A DNA stretch of 62,740 nucleotides, filler included, from Choristocarpus tenellus KU-1152 (taxonomy: Eukaryota; Protista; Phaeophyceae): the NCBI GenBank assembly GCA_964200185.2. It is 9 parts of 9 records of this genome, joined end to end, with 100 filler letters (N's around TTAATTAATTAA, not from the genome) between each part and the next. Parts side by side here need not be neighbours in the genome. Positions count along the whole stretch, not along the records: positions 33,052 to 56,699 come from CAXNAD020000240.1; 8 more parts are not named here. One strand, given 5' to 3'. Shown here piece by piece: positions 36,801 to 49,357 of this stretch; positions within the stretch are counted from its first letter, which is position 1; each line of letters opens with the position of its first letter. Made by a program: the position numbers and the translations under genes. A model generated the notes under the pieces. It saw nothing but the letters and a program-made list of their open reading frames with translations. It ran no database searches and was not told where the DNA came from.

Positions 36801-39800
36801 TCAACTCTGAGTTTGTCACCAGAACCTCATTCTGCTTGTCTTGCCTGCAAAAGAAAAGGAAACATTATGCTAGAGCGCTGTCATCACTGAGTTTAACGCT
36901 GTCATGCTGTCAGGGTGGTTTGATACTCAGGTTGTTTCAAGTGGCTGCTGCTCTGAGCTACCATCGTTCTGGAGGACCTCTGCGATTGATGTCAAAGTAT
37001 CTACTATATAATCATAATCATAATCATATAATAATAAAATTATTGTAACAAAAAGACATATATCAGAGTGTAGCAGCACACACAATTGAGGGAAAAAGAA
37101 GAAAAACTTGGAACAAAGACTAGTGAGCATATATTGATATGTCAAATTAGCACCCTTCCCTTCAAGAATATCACAGCAAGACTCATCTAGTGCTATTATT
37201 ATGATTATTTGTATGATTATTAGTATTATTATCATTGTCAATTACCACCCCACCTTTCTCATACAGAAGTTCTTCCAAGTCTTCCTAATGATCACAAGGA
37301 TTGCCATATGCAGTCCCTCAAGACTTGACCACCTGGAACAAAATGATGCTAACACTAACCTAGAATGTTCAGTCATATTTGGTCCGTTACCTTTCTTATC
37401 CAGGACAGCATCTGGGCTGATATTTTGTCTGTAACATCTGTTATGAGAATAACATTCAGGACACCATGTAACCCCCGAGTCCATTTGCTATATCTACATT
37501 TATCCACTGTCTAGCAATTACCTTACCCCACACATCCATTGTCAGGGCAAGGCTCAGCACCATGTACTCAGTAACATGTGCTGTCTGGAAAACAATTGAG
37601 CACTTTTGACCTTATCATACCCGGTAACATCAGCTGTCCATAACATAACAACGCCTGAAGCCATTTCCTCAAGTGCTGTTACTTCACACATTAGTTTTAT
37701 CTTCTATAACATCTTCTATAACCCGAGGTCAAAAGTTACTAAGACAAAAATGAGAAAGTGATAATTGAAGAAGCATGATAGAAGGAAGAGAAACGATACA
37801 AAAATAAATGTATGTCCTCAACAATCACCCATTGTGTTTGTTATGCAGCAGTCAGTCATTTCTTCCACGACGCCTGTTGCCTTGGATGAAATAGGGAACA
37901 TTTGCTCTGTAGCAACATAACATTCAATGCCCAGGACAGCACTAGACAACATCTTGCTCAGCTAAGGGCTGAGTCAGTTTGCTCTGTAGCCGCCATTGTC
38001 ACCTAACATCTGGTGTATTACATCTGTTGTCCAGAAAGTGTTTTTGTCGTGAATAACGCTGAAATGTCTTATCATGTTATGCCAGTAACACACTGTCCTG
38101 GGTGTGAAGACTACTACAGGCTGAAAGAAGGAAGGAGAGACAGAGTCTTGATTGTCCTACCCACACGGGAGATCACCTCAATACACACCTGTATTGCTGT
38201 GTCTCAGCTCGCCGTCTCTCATAGGCACTGTCTCCATCCTCGCAGAGCTTCATCAAGTCTTTGTTTGCCTCACTGAGAGTATGAAACCTATCCATTGAGT
38301 ACACAGCATGGGTTATTACTTGTTGTGGTATAATAAAACCATCCCATCAAAGCAATGAGGCAACAAAACAAACCTAATCGTGGCCAGTAAGAGAATAAAC
38401 CATGAAGCTCGTGAAAATATATGAGATAATGGGAAGACCAGCATTCGATCTCACAGCATGATAAAAACATTTAAACATGATATAAACATTTAAACAGCAT
38501 GATATAAACATTTAAAATTATTGCTTCGAAGTAAAAATCCAAGTTGTACATAGCAGCCTTGATTTGGTGGAAACAAGCAGCATGAAACAATACAGTTGGG
38601 CCTGCACAGGTCCTGTTTTGCTCCATGCTTGACATGCTGCATAGTGTATCTTATCATTTTATTATTTTTTCCAGTGGATGCAACAGACATTGTCAATACT
38701 TCTCTTCATGCTAGTCTCACATTGAAATAACCTCATGCATTCCTCGATGAAGCCCACACTATGGTGCATCTACAAACTCCCCCACAATCATTTTCAGCTT
38801 GACATTCCCTTGATATTGTTCTAGAACTATACAAAGAAGCAAAGTCCCCATGAGAGAGTCCTCCCACAAAATATTGATGTGCTGGAACCATTCAACTTGC
38901 CACTTTAGTCCCAATTAAATCAACCATTCAACTTGCCCAAGAAAGACATCCGATCATCCATCACTCCTAAACCATTGTCATTGTGGAGACAGAACTTCCT
39001 GTGCTGTGAGATGCTGCTGTGAGAACATGCAAGTATCAGACACAAAGTATCAGACACAAAGCGCTTTGAAGTAAAGTACTTCAAAGCACGAAAAGACACA
39101 CTCAAAAACTCTTCGTTAGCACCAAGTAAAATACTCTAAGTAAAATACTCTAAGCACTTAATCTCAAGTGAAGGAGTCATATGTCCTATGTAAAGGACAA
39201 ATAAAAATGCGCAAGTTTTCGAGAGCATTTTTTTTGTTTTTTTTGTTTTACTACTACTACTACTGCTACTACTACTACTACTACTACTACTGAAAGGATA
39301 GGCAGCTTACTAGTGCCTGGACACTAAGTATGAAGTGTGAAGAACTGTTTACTGTACCTAGAACAGGCGACATTGTTGTAACGGCCACCAATCAAACACA
39401 CTGAACATGAACATGAACCAATCAAACAGGTGTGTTCTTTCTACTTCCGTAAACAGTACCAAGGTGAACTCCCTGGACCAAATTCGATTCTTTCCTGTGG
39501 TAACTTGCCTGTTGAGAAGGTCATTGATCTCTTCCACATCCTGTTCAGAAGAGGATACTGTTCCCAGGAGGTACTCCTGGTAGCGCTTGAGACGATGACG
39601 CTGCTCTTTCAACTTTCTCTCCTGCATAGAAGATTGAGGTTAGGGTTAGGGGTGAGGATTGGGTTGGGGGTGTGTTGGGGATTATAAGTGAGCACAGTTG
39701 GTTGTGTCATTTTGCCAAAAGAATTGGTATCCCAAAGTTACAATGGTCTACAATTATATGCTGTACAATTAGTGGCGTTGTTTGAGGAATGGCTAATGCT

Positions 39801-41950
39801 CAAACTTACCCTTGCCAATTAGCCACTTTGTAGTTGAGGTCCAAAATAGTATGTTTCCTCCACTTTTAGATCGTTAATTTTTACCAGGTTCACTACATGT
39901 GTTGAAGTCTAGCATCTCAAACGAAACGAATTACTATGTGACACTGGCAAAAAGGGTACCAAACCCTACAAGAGCGGAATGATAAAACAGGAGTCTCAGG
40001 CATTTGCATCCTTCTCAAATGTTTCCCTCAACAAGTTGAAGATTATTAAACCCCAGATGCGATTAGCTCGGATGTGACCCCTAGTATCCTAGAGGGGGAG
40101 GTGTTTAGCTCAGGTCGTCCATTCAAGGCTTGATGGAGTGTTCTAATACATGCCAGTTTGATGCCCATTTTTGGGTGATTTTCGTCCGGATTTGGGGTCA
40201 AGGCAAGGGAGTGGAAATGAAGGCGCGTCCAGATCAAGGAAATTGCCCTTGCATTTGACAAATCCTGACAAATGACAAAAAGGTCCAATGTCACTACAGG
40301 GATACCTGACCACGCTCTAGGAGACAATGACAGACAATGAGCCAAAACTCATGTGAGGTACCCAGGGTTGAATTTTGAGGATGCTGACAATTATGTGTAA
40401 AACTTGCCTTTTTGTACAAATGTGTATTAACATGCTTATGAATCCTGTCGAAACTTATGTATATAGAAAAATCAATGCTCTCAAGTCCTTCTTAGCACTT
40501 CAACCATAAAAATAAGGAAAATAGCAAAGTATGAAAAAAAGTGGCTTAAAATGCAAACAGTCTAAACCTGGATACCTCTTGTTTACTTTGACTTTATAGG
40601 CCATGAGCATTCCCTGACCTATCAATCAAGTTGCAACGAAGTATCTCTAAGTTATATACAGGCATTCCTGACAAGCAAAGTAAACAGTTTCTTGCCATAA
40701 CAAAATGAGGAAGAAGCAAATACTAGAGGTTCCACCTTGAAAAAGATCAGGATCACTTGCTGTGTTGCTCCAACGCTCTGTTGGTCATATTTTATTGAAC
40801 ACAGAATTATTAGTATCAAGTCCAGGAAATATGGAAAGGACTGAGAGGTAGTCCCTATTTTAGATCACCTCGTCCATTGCAGAAGCCAGTTCCTTCTCTA
40901 GCTTACGCAGCTCTTGGGCTCTTTGATCTAGTATGCGATGCTCCTGTGCAGGAATCATTTGTGCCATATGTCATGGTGGAGAGATAACCACATTGTGTAG
41001 TTCATTGTAGATTCGGTACTATATACTACTAAAGGATACAATGCATGGAGCTATTGCGCATCTAGTGCTGCATGCTTGAACCACAAAGCCATGCATATTG
41101 CAGTCGTCAACAGACTCAATAATCCACTAAACCGAAGGATAATGGAAAAAAAAACATTTCTATCCAACAGAGTTTTGTTGAACTTATCTTCATACTGAAA
41201 TATGGGTGCGTGCTGTGGATTCTTATATAGGGGTTACCCCACCTGCTTTGCCTTGGTTTCCGCTCGGGTCCTCTTAGCGTCGTTCTCCTGGATAAACTTT
41301 TCGAACTTGAGGACCTGATCTCTCATTTCCATTTGCTTTTGTTCGAACTCGGCCTATCCTTTCGTATGTATAGAGAATATTAGTATGTGAGAAATCAGGG
41401 CCTTGGAAATTATCAACACGATAGAGCAAGGCCTGCTTCCTATTGTCTGAGGGATCAAGCCCTCAACTAGAGAATGTATGTATATGGGGTTATTTTGAGT
41501 GGCTAATATTTTCCTTGTTCGTCTACCATTCTAGCGCCCCTACGATAGACCTGGATATTTTTTTCCAGCTAGTTCAAAGCCTCACCTCTCTTTGATCACA
41601 ATTTCCCATTCGAGTATTGTACTCATCTTTCATGAACTCGAGAGCGTCGTCAACCTGTAGAGAAGCAAGCGGTCAGAAAGTTTAGAATGCCTGTGCATTA
41701 GCTGTACCAAGACCATTCCAACTGCAAAAATATTGTGCTGGGGTGTGTAACATATACTCTCAACGATTTACAGGCAGTCACAGTGTCGCACCTCGCGCAT
41801 CTCCTTCTTCTTCTTCAACAAGAGAGTAGATTGACTAGTCTGTGTCACGCTCGCCACCATTTCTTCCAGTTGATCGACATCCACTCGATCTCCCAACTTC
41901 CTGTTCCCCCTCTGCGTCACAAAACACCCTTCATCTATCTTCGTCGACAT
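33876..41950 (-). CDS. CCDC42/CFAP73-like (DUF4200) cilia/flagella coiled-coil protein, 9 exons, ~398 aa
   Basis: Exons 41950-41792, 41654-41586, 41353-41243, 40943-40869, 39621-39509, 38287-38189, 36844-36659, 35672-35558, 34145-33876, all phase-consistent. Motifs [70 protein letters not shown]. Confidence 0.88.
34770..35030 (+). mobile_element. 3' end of an RTE-like LINE ORF inside the last CCDC42-like intron
   Basis: GKQKQSRQEKNWGTCLQDDLDMFGIEGEGWDT....AATTRFMAK resembles the RTE C-terminal 'R.RG..K.W.DC...DL..FGI...W' motif. Confidence 0.6.
40339..40594. mobile_element. Sola-like MITE family 2 copy (intronic)
   Basis: GAGCCAAAACTCATGTGAGGTACCCAGG...CCTGGATACCTCTTGTTTACTTTGACT imperfect TIRs; homologous to the 801 and 1747 copies. 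Confidence 0.6.
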
Positions 41951-42136
41951 CGTGGTTGGGTTTTTCTTCAAAGTCAAACTGTGTTCTTCTCCCTTATCCT
42001 TGATGTCGACTAGTCTTGAACGAGAAGATGGGAAAGTTTGAGCGAAACGGCTTCAGCTCTTGGAGGCGTTTTGCCTTGGAAGGACCTACCTAATCTTAAC
42101 CTGAATTCACTTTTTTCCATCTCTAACTATTTGAAA
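41951..42136. promoter_or_regulatory. Putative bidirectional promoter / overlapping 5' UTR region
   Basis: Only 186 bp separate the predicted divergent ATGs at 41950 (-) and 42137 (+). Confidence 0.5.
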
Positions 42137-45100
42137 ATGGAAAGGTACCGTATGGGGCCATGGGCCGTGTTGTCGGGGTGGAGACAAGTAGAGATAGTGG
42201 TCTATGTTATTGGTCTTATTTGGGTGTTCATTCGTGTTGCTTTGAGATCAAGCAACTGGATGCAATTATGCGAAGCCAGAGCCACTTGTCGCAGGTAAAC
42301 TCCGACCTCAACCTCCTTGTGGGAAGCTCACCTGTGGGTGCCCAAGGCGAATCGTTACTTGTGGGAAGGGGTCTTGAATGATTCGAAAGGAGATGACCGC
42401 TTTGATGTGTTCGCTGCACAGTGCTTCTGTCTCTTACTATGTTGAAACACAGAATTCCATGTGGGCGGATTGACAGTTGCTGAATTGCACCCCTAACATT
42501 TTGGCACTTCTCTTCATAGGTATCTACACCCAGGGTGGATGCGGAACCGAATTGATATGGGGGACAATCAATGGCGAGAGCTACGAGATAGCCTCCCTCT
42601 ACTGACCGTGGTGCTCCTTGTGCATTGCCTTCTGAGTCTCTACAATAGGGCAGTGTCCCCAAAGGATGAACCACAGGTGCTGAGATTAGAGTTCATTTGA
42701 AGGGAGATATCCCTAGTGTTTGATATATTATTTTCCTTTTCATGGTAGGGAAACCAGGAATACACCCAACTGTTGCAGCTATTGCAGCATTGTGCTCTAT
42801 GCGGATCACGCCTGAGGTGAAAAGCCTGTTAATGTTTTATTTGCCCACCTAACCCAGCTGTCGGTATGTTGTCTTTTTACATATATTTCCCACCTCAAAG
42901 AAGGTATTGAAGCCCTTGCAAAACCACGCTGCTGGTGATGACTTCCTTAGCTCTGGAGGGAAGAGTAGTACATCTAAAGCTGGCAAGGGTCAAATAACCA
43001 CAGGCAACGAGGACGACACAGATGGAAATGGTGGAGGCAACAACGCCACAATCCTCCCCCCAACTGCAATTTGTATGGGTGAACTTGGGCGCCGCCGCGC
43101 AATGTTTGACTTGGCAGTGAGTGCTGTATTTGTCGTGGTGATACATGGTGCCCATGCGATATTTCCATTGAGCTTCGTCTGTGGCAGCTACCTCCTAGGC
43201 CATGCTGTGAAGGGGACGCGGGCTGCACCATTTGCCACCTGGACTATGGCTGTGGGGATGATATGGATCAAGGAGCGTCTCCATGGAGCAATGACTTTCA
43301 GAAATTTACTGGGAGATCCTTTCACGAATCTGGATAGGTTTACCGGAATGTACCCTTGGCGTCTATCATTCAACCTTGTTGTCCTCCGTCTGGTGAGCTT
43401 CAACCTTGACCTGCACTGGGCCTGGGTGGGAAAAGCATTTGGCAACCCCAGGAAAAGTACAGAGGTAAGTCCCAAACCTCTTTTGGCCCCATCCAGTATC
43501 CTTGCTTAATGCAATAATATTAATACAGAAGAAACTTGGCTCTATAAGACATTGCAAGACAAGTTTGATGATTGGTGACAGGTGGTATCCCAGGTGGTGA
43601 TCTTCCACCAGACCTCAACATTAGCCAAACCTTCCCAAGGATAAACAACACAACGAAGCCCTGTTTGAAGCACTGTGAAGAGCTCAACATTAATTGCATA
43701 TTTTGTGGAGTGTTTTACAGAAAGATCTCTCCCTGTACCCAAATTGTTCAAATCCATGATTGTGTTATATGATGTGTGATGATTTTGTCGCGTCCATTGG
43801 CTTGTTTAGAATAGGGAGAACTTCTTGAGGGAAAATGAGGGGAAGGGGGTGAAGGAGACAATGAGAGGCAGCTGTCATCCAAGCAACAGCATATATGACT
43901 ATTCAATGAGAGTGGAAGCACACCGACCCCCAATGGACTACAGCCTGATGCTATGCCTTGGGCATGCCTTCTATGCACCTCTGTATTTGGCAGGCCCCAC
44001 TATCACCTTCAATGCATTTGTATCTCAGGTGAGGTGAGGGTGTTCATGATTGTCTGTGTGATCTATTTTCAACAGGACATTTTGGCCAGGTGCTTCTGAG
44101 ATGCAGTAATCACTTTTCTCATCATTTCTAGTCTATTTCTTGGAATTAACCTTACATATACCTCTATACATATTTAACCTTACATATTTATGGTGATGGT
44201 GTTGATAGTAAATATTATGCAGTGTAAGCAACAAATATAGGTACGTGACCCGTTTTCGAGAGCTCAAGGTACAACCTGGTTGTGAGGGTTGATATACTGC
44301 AGCATGTGTCCCCGCCGTGTGTTCATTGTTTGTTGTCTCCTGCTTTTCTCCTGTCTCTTATTTCTTATCTGCAGATGGCTGTACCTCAGAAATCGTACCC
44401 TGTTGAACGCCTCCTCATCTACCTTGCCCGCCTCTGTTTAGCCCTGTTGCTACTTGAGGCAGGGACCCACCACCTGCCTGTTTTTGCATTGGCACACTCT
44501 CAACTCTTCAGGTGTGTATTTATTTTCTTGTATGAGGTCATGTGCTCCTCCTACCTCTGCTTTGTTTTTTTTACATGCAAACCTTTTGGTGATGTTTTGT
44601 TTTTACATGCAAATCTTTTGGTGATATTGAATGCTTTATTTATTAGTCCTAGGGACCAGCTCTTGGACCTTCAGCTGTAAAATCGTAGGTCAAGTGAGAT
44701 TTTCAGTTTTCCCTCCTATAGTAGGATTTACATGAGATAATGATGTTCTAAAGGGGTGAACAGGGTGCAACACCATTCCCCTATTCCTACCTTCTTCATG
44801 CATAGCATTGCTTTAGAGGACAATCAGAGGTGGATGAGTTTTTATTGCGCAAGAAGACAGAGGAAAACCCTCATGTTCCTGTTTTTGTTGTGTGTGCTTT
44901 GTACCAAGGTTAATATATATTAATATCTGTACATGTTAGGGGGAGGAAGTGTGAAGACCTTCTGCAAGAGGTTGCCTAGGTTGGTCTGTATGCTGCTGCT
45001 TGTCTTGATCCAAGAACACTTTTTCCCCAATAGGACACAGTTGGGTGATTCGTTCCTTGTTATTTTCACTCACAGGGACTTCCAGATCACCAAAGTGTCA

Positions 45101-48100
45101 AGTTATTTCCGCTATAGGTATCTTGATCATCGCTTCAGTAGTCATGGTTTGTGGACTCTCTGTGAGTTTATTGCCAACATTTCATGCCCATACAACCCCC
45201 CCCCCCCTGCTTTGAGTGAAGTTGTGACATCTCTCTAATTTTTTTATGTCATTGTAACATTTTTGGTGCTAACCCTCCGTTGTCTATGCAATCAATCCTC
45301 AATATCTCTTCTAAATCATTTAGGAAACTAACCCCAGCGGACCTGGCTGGGTTTGTCTATGTCATCCTCAAGCTGATGTGGTTGAAGTTTCTGGTTATTT
45401 GGCGATTTTTCAGGCTATGGGCCCTATGTGATGGAGTGGAACCCCCTGAAAACATGGAGGTATAGTATTAAGGGGTCACGCAGATGAAAGTATTGAGTTA
45501 CTCCCCCCCCCCCCAAGCCTGCCATTAGCCCTTTATTCAGGGCCAAGATTGAGGTCTGGCATATCATTGAAGTGCTGCTTTTAGAATGTTTGTCTTATAG
45601 TTGAAGGTAAAGAGTGTCAACCCTGCCTACCATAGGGACATTCAGGAAACATGTCAAAAACACACTATAAATGCTGTAGTAATATGTATCTGATGAAAAA
45701 GCATCAACCAGGGCTTGCCATTATACAATTGTTCAGTGCATCACACTCTGAACAGAGGCCACCATGCCACACACACATGTACTTGGTTTTCTGCTACCCT
45801 CACACCCTGAGCTGTAGGTTAGTGCTGTGTTGGAAACTATGTGGAGATAATGTATGCTTGGTGTTCGTAACTAGAGGAATAAAGTACTTTATTAATGTAG
45901 AGAGCACTTTGGGGGGGGTGTTGGTGTGTTTTGATTTGTGTGCACCCAATATGATACTAGAGGAATAAAGTACCACAACATTAAATAAAGTACCACAACG
46001 GTACAATGCATTAAATAGTACGGTACAATGCTCTGTATTTGGTGGAGCTCTATTCTTTTTTGTTGATGCAATTGCCCATGTAGATTATGTGTTCTGTTAC
46101 ATTTGTTGATATGTTGGTGTGTACATTTGATTTGTATACAGTAAATTGCCTGAGGAAATTTCTATCTGCTAGAATCATTAAGGTGTTGGTGTGAGGGGCC
46201 CCAGGAACTGGAATTTCAGACCCTAACCCTGACAAAAGCCAATGCTTATGGTACCCTATGGGGAGGGGAGGGGGGGAGGTATTCTGGTGTTAAATTATTG
46301 GTGACCCTGAATGCGGTACATTGTGGTTGAATGATCTCACTGTAGTTCACAATGAAATGGGATCACTGTGCTCAAGGAGACGAGGTGGTTCAATGGGTTG
46401 GCCTGCTCTACATGAACCAATAGCAATCATGAGCACTTCTCAGTTATATGTATTGTGGTTTGTAGGACTATGGATCGGAATGTAGTAAAAGAAAATCTCT
46501 TGCTTCCACGGCACAGATGGGGAAGGGGGGGTAGAGGCGTTTGGTATGATGGTATGATGTGCAAAATTACAATCTGGGGAACCCCTTGTGTAAATAGGTT
46601 AATGTGACTCTTCTGTCCTTTGTCCTTTGTCCTTTTTATTGTCTGTAGTGAGTCAGTTCTGATGTACCATTATCAGATACGTCACTCATAACTTATCTTG
46701 GTGTTTTGTTATAGTAGTGTAGTAATGGTTAAGGTCAACAGTCCTGCTGCCACTGTGTAAGGTTGTTTTGAAAGCATTGTAGACTGTATCAGCTAGTTGT
46801 GCATGCTGCTCTGAGATATGTGATGTGTTCGAGGGCAAACTCTGTGCCAAATTATTACATTATTTGCTGTGGTGTCTCTTGTTGTATTCTCACACAACGC
46901 AAATAATGTATCTGGGAGGCAAACAACATGGTTAAAGATTACCTGTCTGTACATGTTGTTAATATTTAGTCATAGTTTGGCAAACCATTGCCCCTCCCTT
47001 GCCCTTCGCCCCTTAACCACCCCCTCCCCCTCCCCCCCACCCGCCTCTTGTTCTGGTGTGCTGACAACACATGTCTGTAGAGGTGCATGTCCAACAACTA
47101 CTCCATTGCTAACTTCTGGAAAGGATGGCACTGCAGGCAAGTGTTGATAGTGAGGCACTATGTAGTGTATAGACTAGATATTGTTATTGTCTTAACATGA
47201 TGTTAGTTATTGATTTACTTGGCTTTGTATACACCTATACCTTGAATGAGTCAAAGTGCTACAAGCATTGGTTGGTTGCATCAAGTGCATTATAACTTTG
47301 TGTTGTATGCTATATGCGGTTTTGTTGGTTTATTGTACTTGGGAGAGTGTATTGGTACTGTACCTGTTGGACTTGTAGCACTACAAGAACTTCCTAGTGA
47401 GCATGGTCATTGATTGGTATTTGGTTTATCTTGTTTTCATCATTAGTGAAAAATTGTACTCAGCCACGAGCAGTTACCCAACTGACATTCACCATGCTCA
47501 TTTTCCATTTCTTGCCCAGAATTTTGAATACAGTCCATTCCCAGCTATAGATTGCTCTGACTCTCCATTTCTTTCCATTGAAAACAATATTTTTCTTTTT
47601 TCTGTTTGAATCATGTAACAGCGTGTAACAGCCCACTTGCTCTACTGCAATCAGGTTTTTTTATCCCAAACATCCCATGTCTTTCCTTCTGGAAGTGTTG
47701 CTGTTGTCTAGCGTCTGATGAGGTACTAGTTGTAATCTCCCCTCTCTTGAACCTTGTTGACTTGTTTCAGTTTCAACCGATGGCTGGTGCGCTACATATA
47801 TATTCCCCTTGGGGGATCCAGTCCAGGCCATCGCTGGAATGTGTTTGTGGTATTCATATTTGTGGCACTCTGGCATGACATGGAGGTCAAGTTGGTGGCA
47901 TGGGGTCTGCTCAATGGACTATTTTTTGTTGTGGAGGCAATTGTGAAGGGAGCCTACAGCACAAGTCATGTACTTGAGGGTATCAGGAACAAACCCCATC
48001 TGAACCGGTACTAAATTCTTTCTTCATTAAAAAGAGTAAAATTGAGATACATGTGTTCACATCTTACATACAGACATACATAGTGACATTGCTCTCAATG

Positions 48101-49357
48101 AAATTGCTCTCAATGACATTGCTCTAAATGCTGATGTGGTTCTTGTTCATTTTTTTTGTGATTGTGTTAGTATTCGATGCTTCAGGTGACATCCATTCGC
48201 ACTTCACACGAAAGTTGGTGTATGAGACTAAATTGTTGGTAGTTGGTCCTAGGTACTGTGTGTCATTTACCGTTTGTTATTTAGTGATCATTCATGCCTC
48301 CACACTATGTAAGTTTACTAGTTCTTTGTCATGACAGGGTCATGCGTGGATTAGGTGCAGCATCACACATCATGGTGCTCATGATGGTCAATCTCATTGG
48401 CTACACAGTGGGTATAAATGGTACCACACTACTTGTGGAGAGGATGTTTCTCACACCACAGGGGCAAACTGCCGTGGCAATTAGCTTTGCTGTTCTGTAC
48501 ACTGGCTCTCAGGTGAGAATAGATGAGCAGGGCACTGATGATGAGTTATTTGTTGATCTTAGTCTTTGGCATCATCAAACTTGAGTGCATAAGCCATCCA
48601 CTTGTTACTAGATTATTTTTTTGGCAAGTGTGTTCTTTTCTGTGAAGTATGTACCTCATCAAGCTGTTGATGAATTGGTCTTTAAGGGCATCTTCATTAG
48701 GGTGTGTTCAACTCTAGCTGTGCATGCAGTGTGCCTCATATAACAGTACCATAGTTACATAATTTTATTCAGCACCCTCTTGGTTTTGTACCCATCTCTG
48801 TCTCTCTTTGAATACTTCACTGTCAATGTTAGTAGTAGAATAGATGTATGTACTGGAAGTAGTGTAAGTAAGAACAACAAACAGAACGGTCCTGTACCGT
48901 AGACATGGATAATGGTGATATTGATTCCTGGCATTTGATGTTTTTTGGAGGCCGTATTATATGAAATGGTTATTTGTTGTATGTCCAGAAGCTTTGAACA
49001 CATGTTTGGCAGTCAATCCTCAGCGCTCCAAACCAAGTTGAATATTTCACTACATAGTATACTACATAGTATACTAGTCTACTGTATTGTTTTTGTCTGC
49101 AAACAAGCAAGTGTTCATGATCGATGACTGTATCTTGCATGTGCATTTTTAGGTGCCTATCTTGTTGAAAATCTATCTTGTGTGGTGACGGTACAGATAC
49201 AGTCTACGCTATGTAGCATGTGTTACATTGAAGTTGAGATTCTTATTGTCTTCTGTGGCAGGTCATGTTTGCTGTCGAGGAAGTTCGACATGCTGCATCT
49301 AGAAAAGTGACTATCAAGGGGTACAACAACCTCAAGACTGGGAAAATGGCACACTAA
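42137..49357 (+). CDS. MBOAT family O-acyltransferase, GUP1/HHAT-like
   Basis: Exons 42137-42294, 42520-~42610, possibly ~42750-42817, ~42904-43464, 43810-44028, 44375-44511, 45324-45459, 47081-47136, 47771-48007, 48338-48512, 49262-49357. Motifs [97 protein letters not shown] (catalytic His). Confidence 0.92.
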
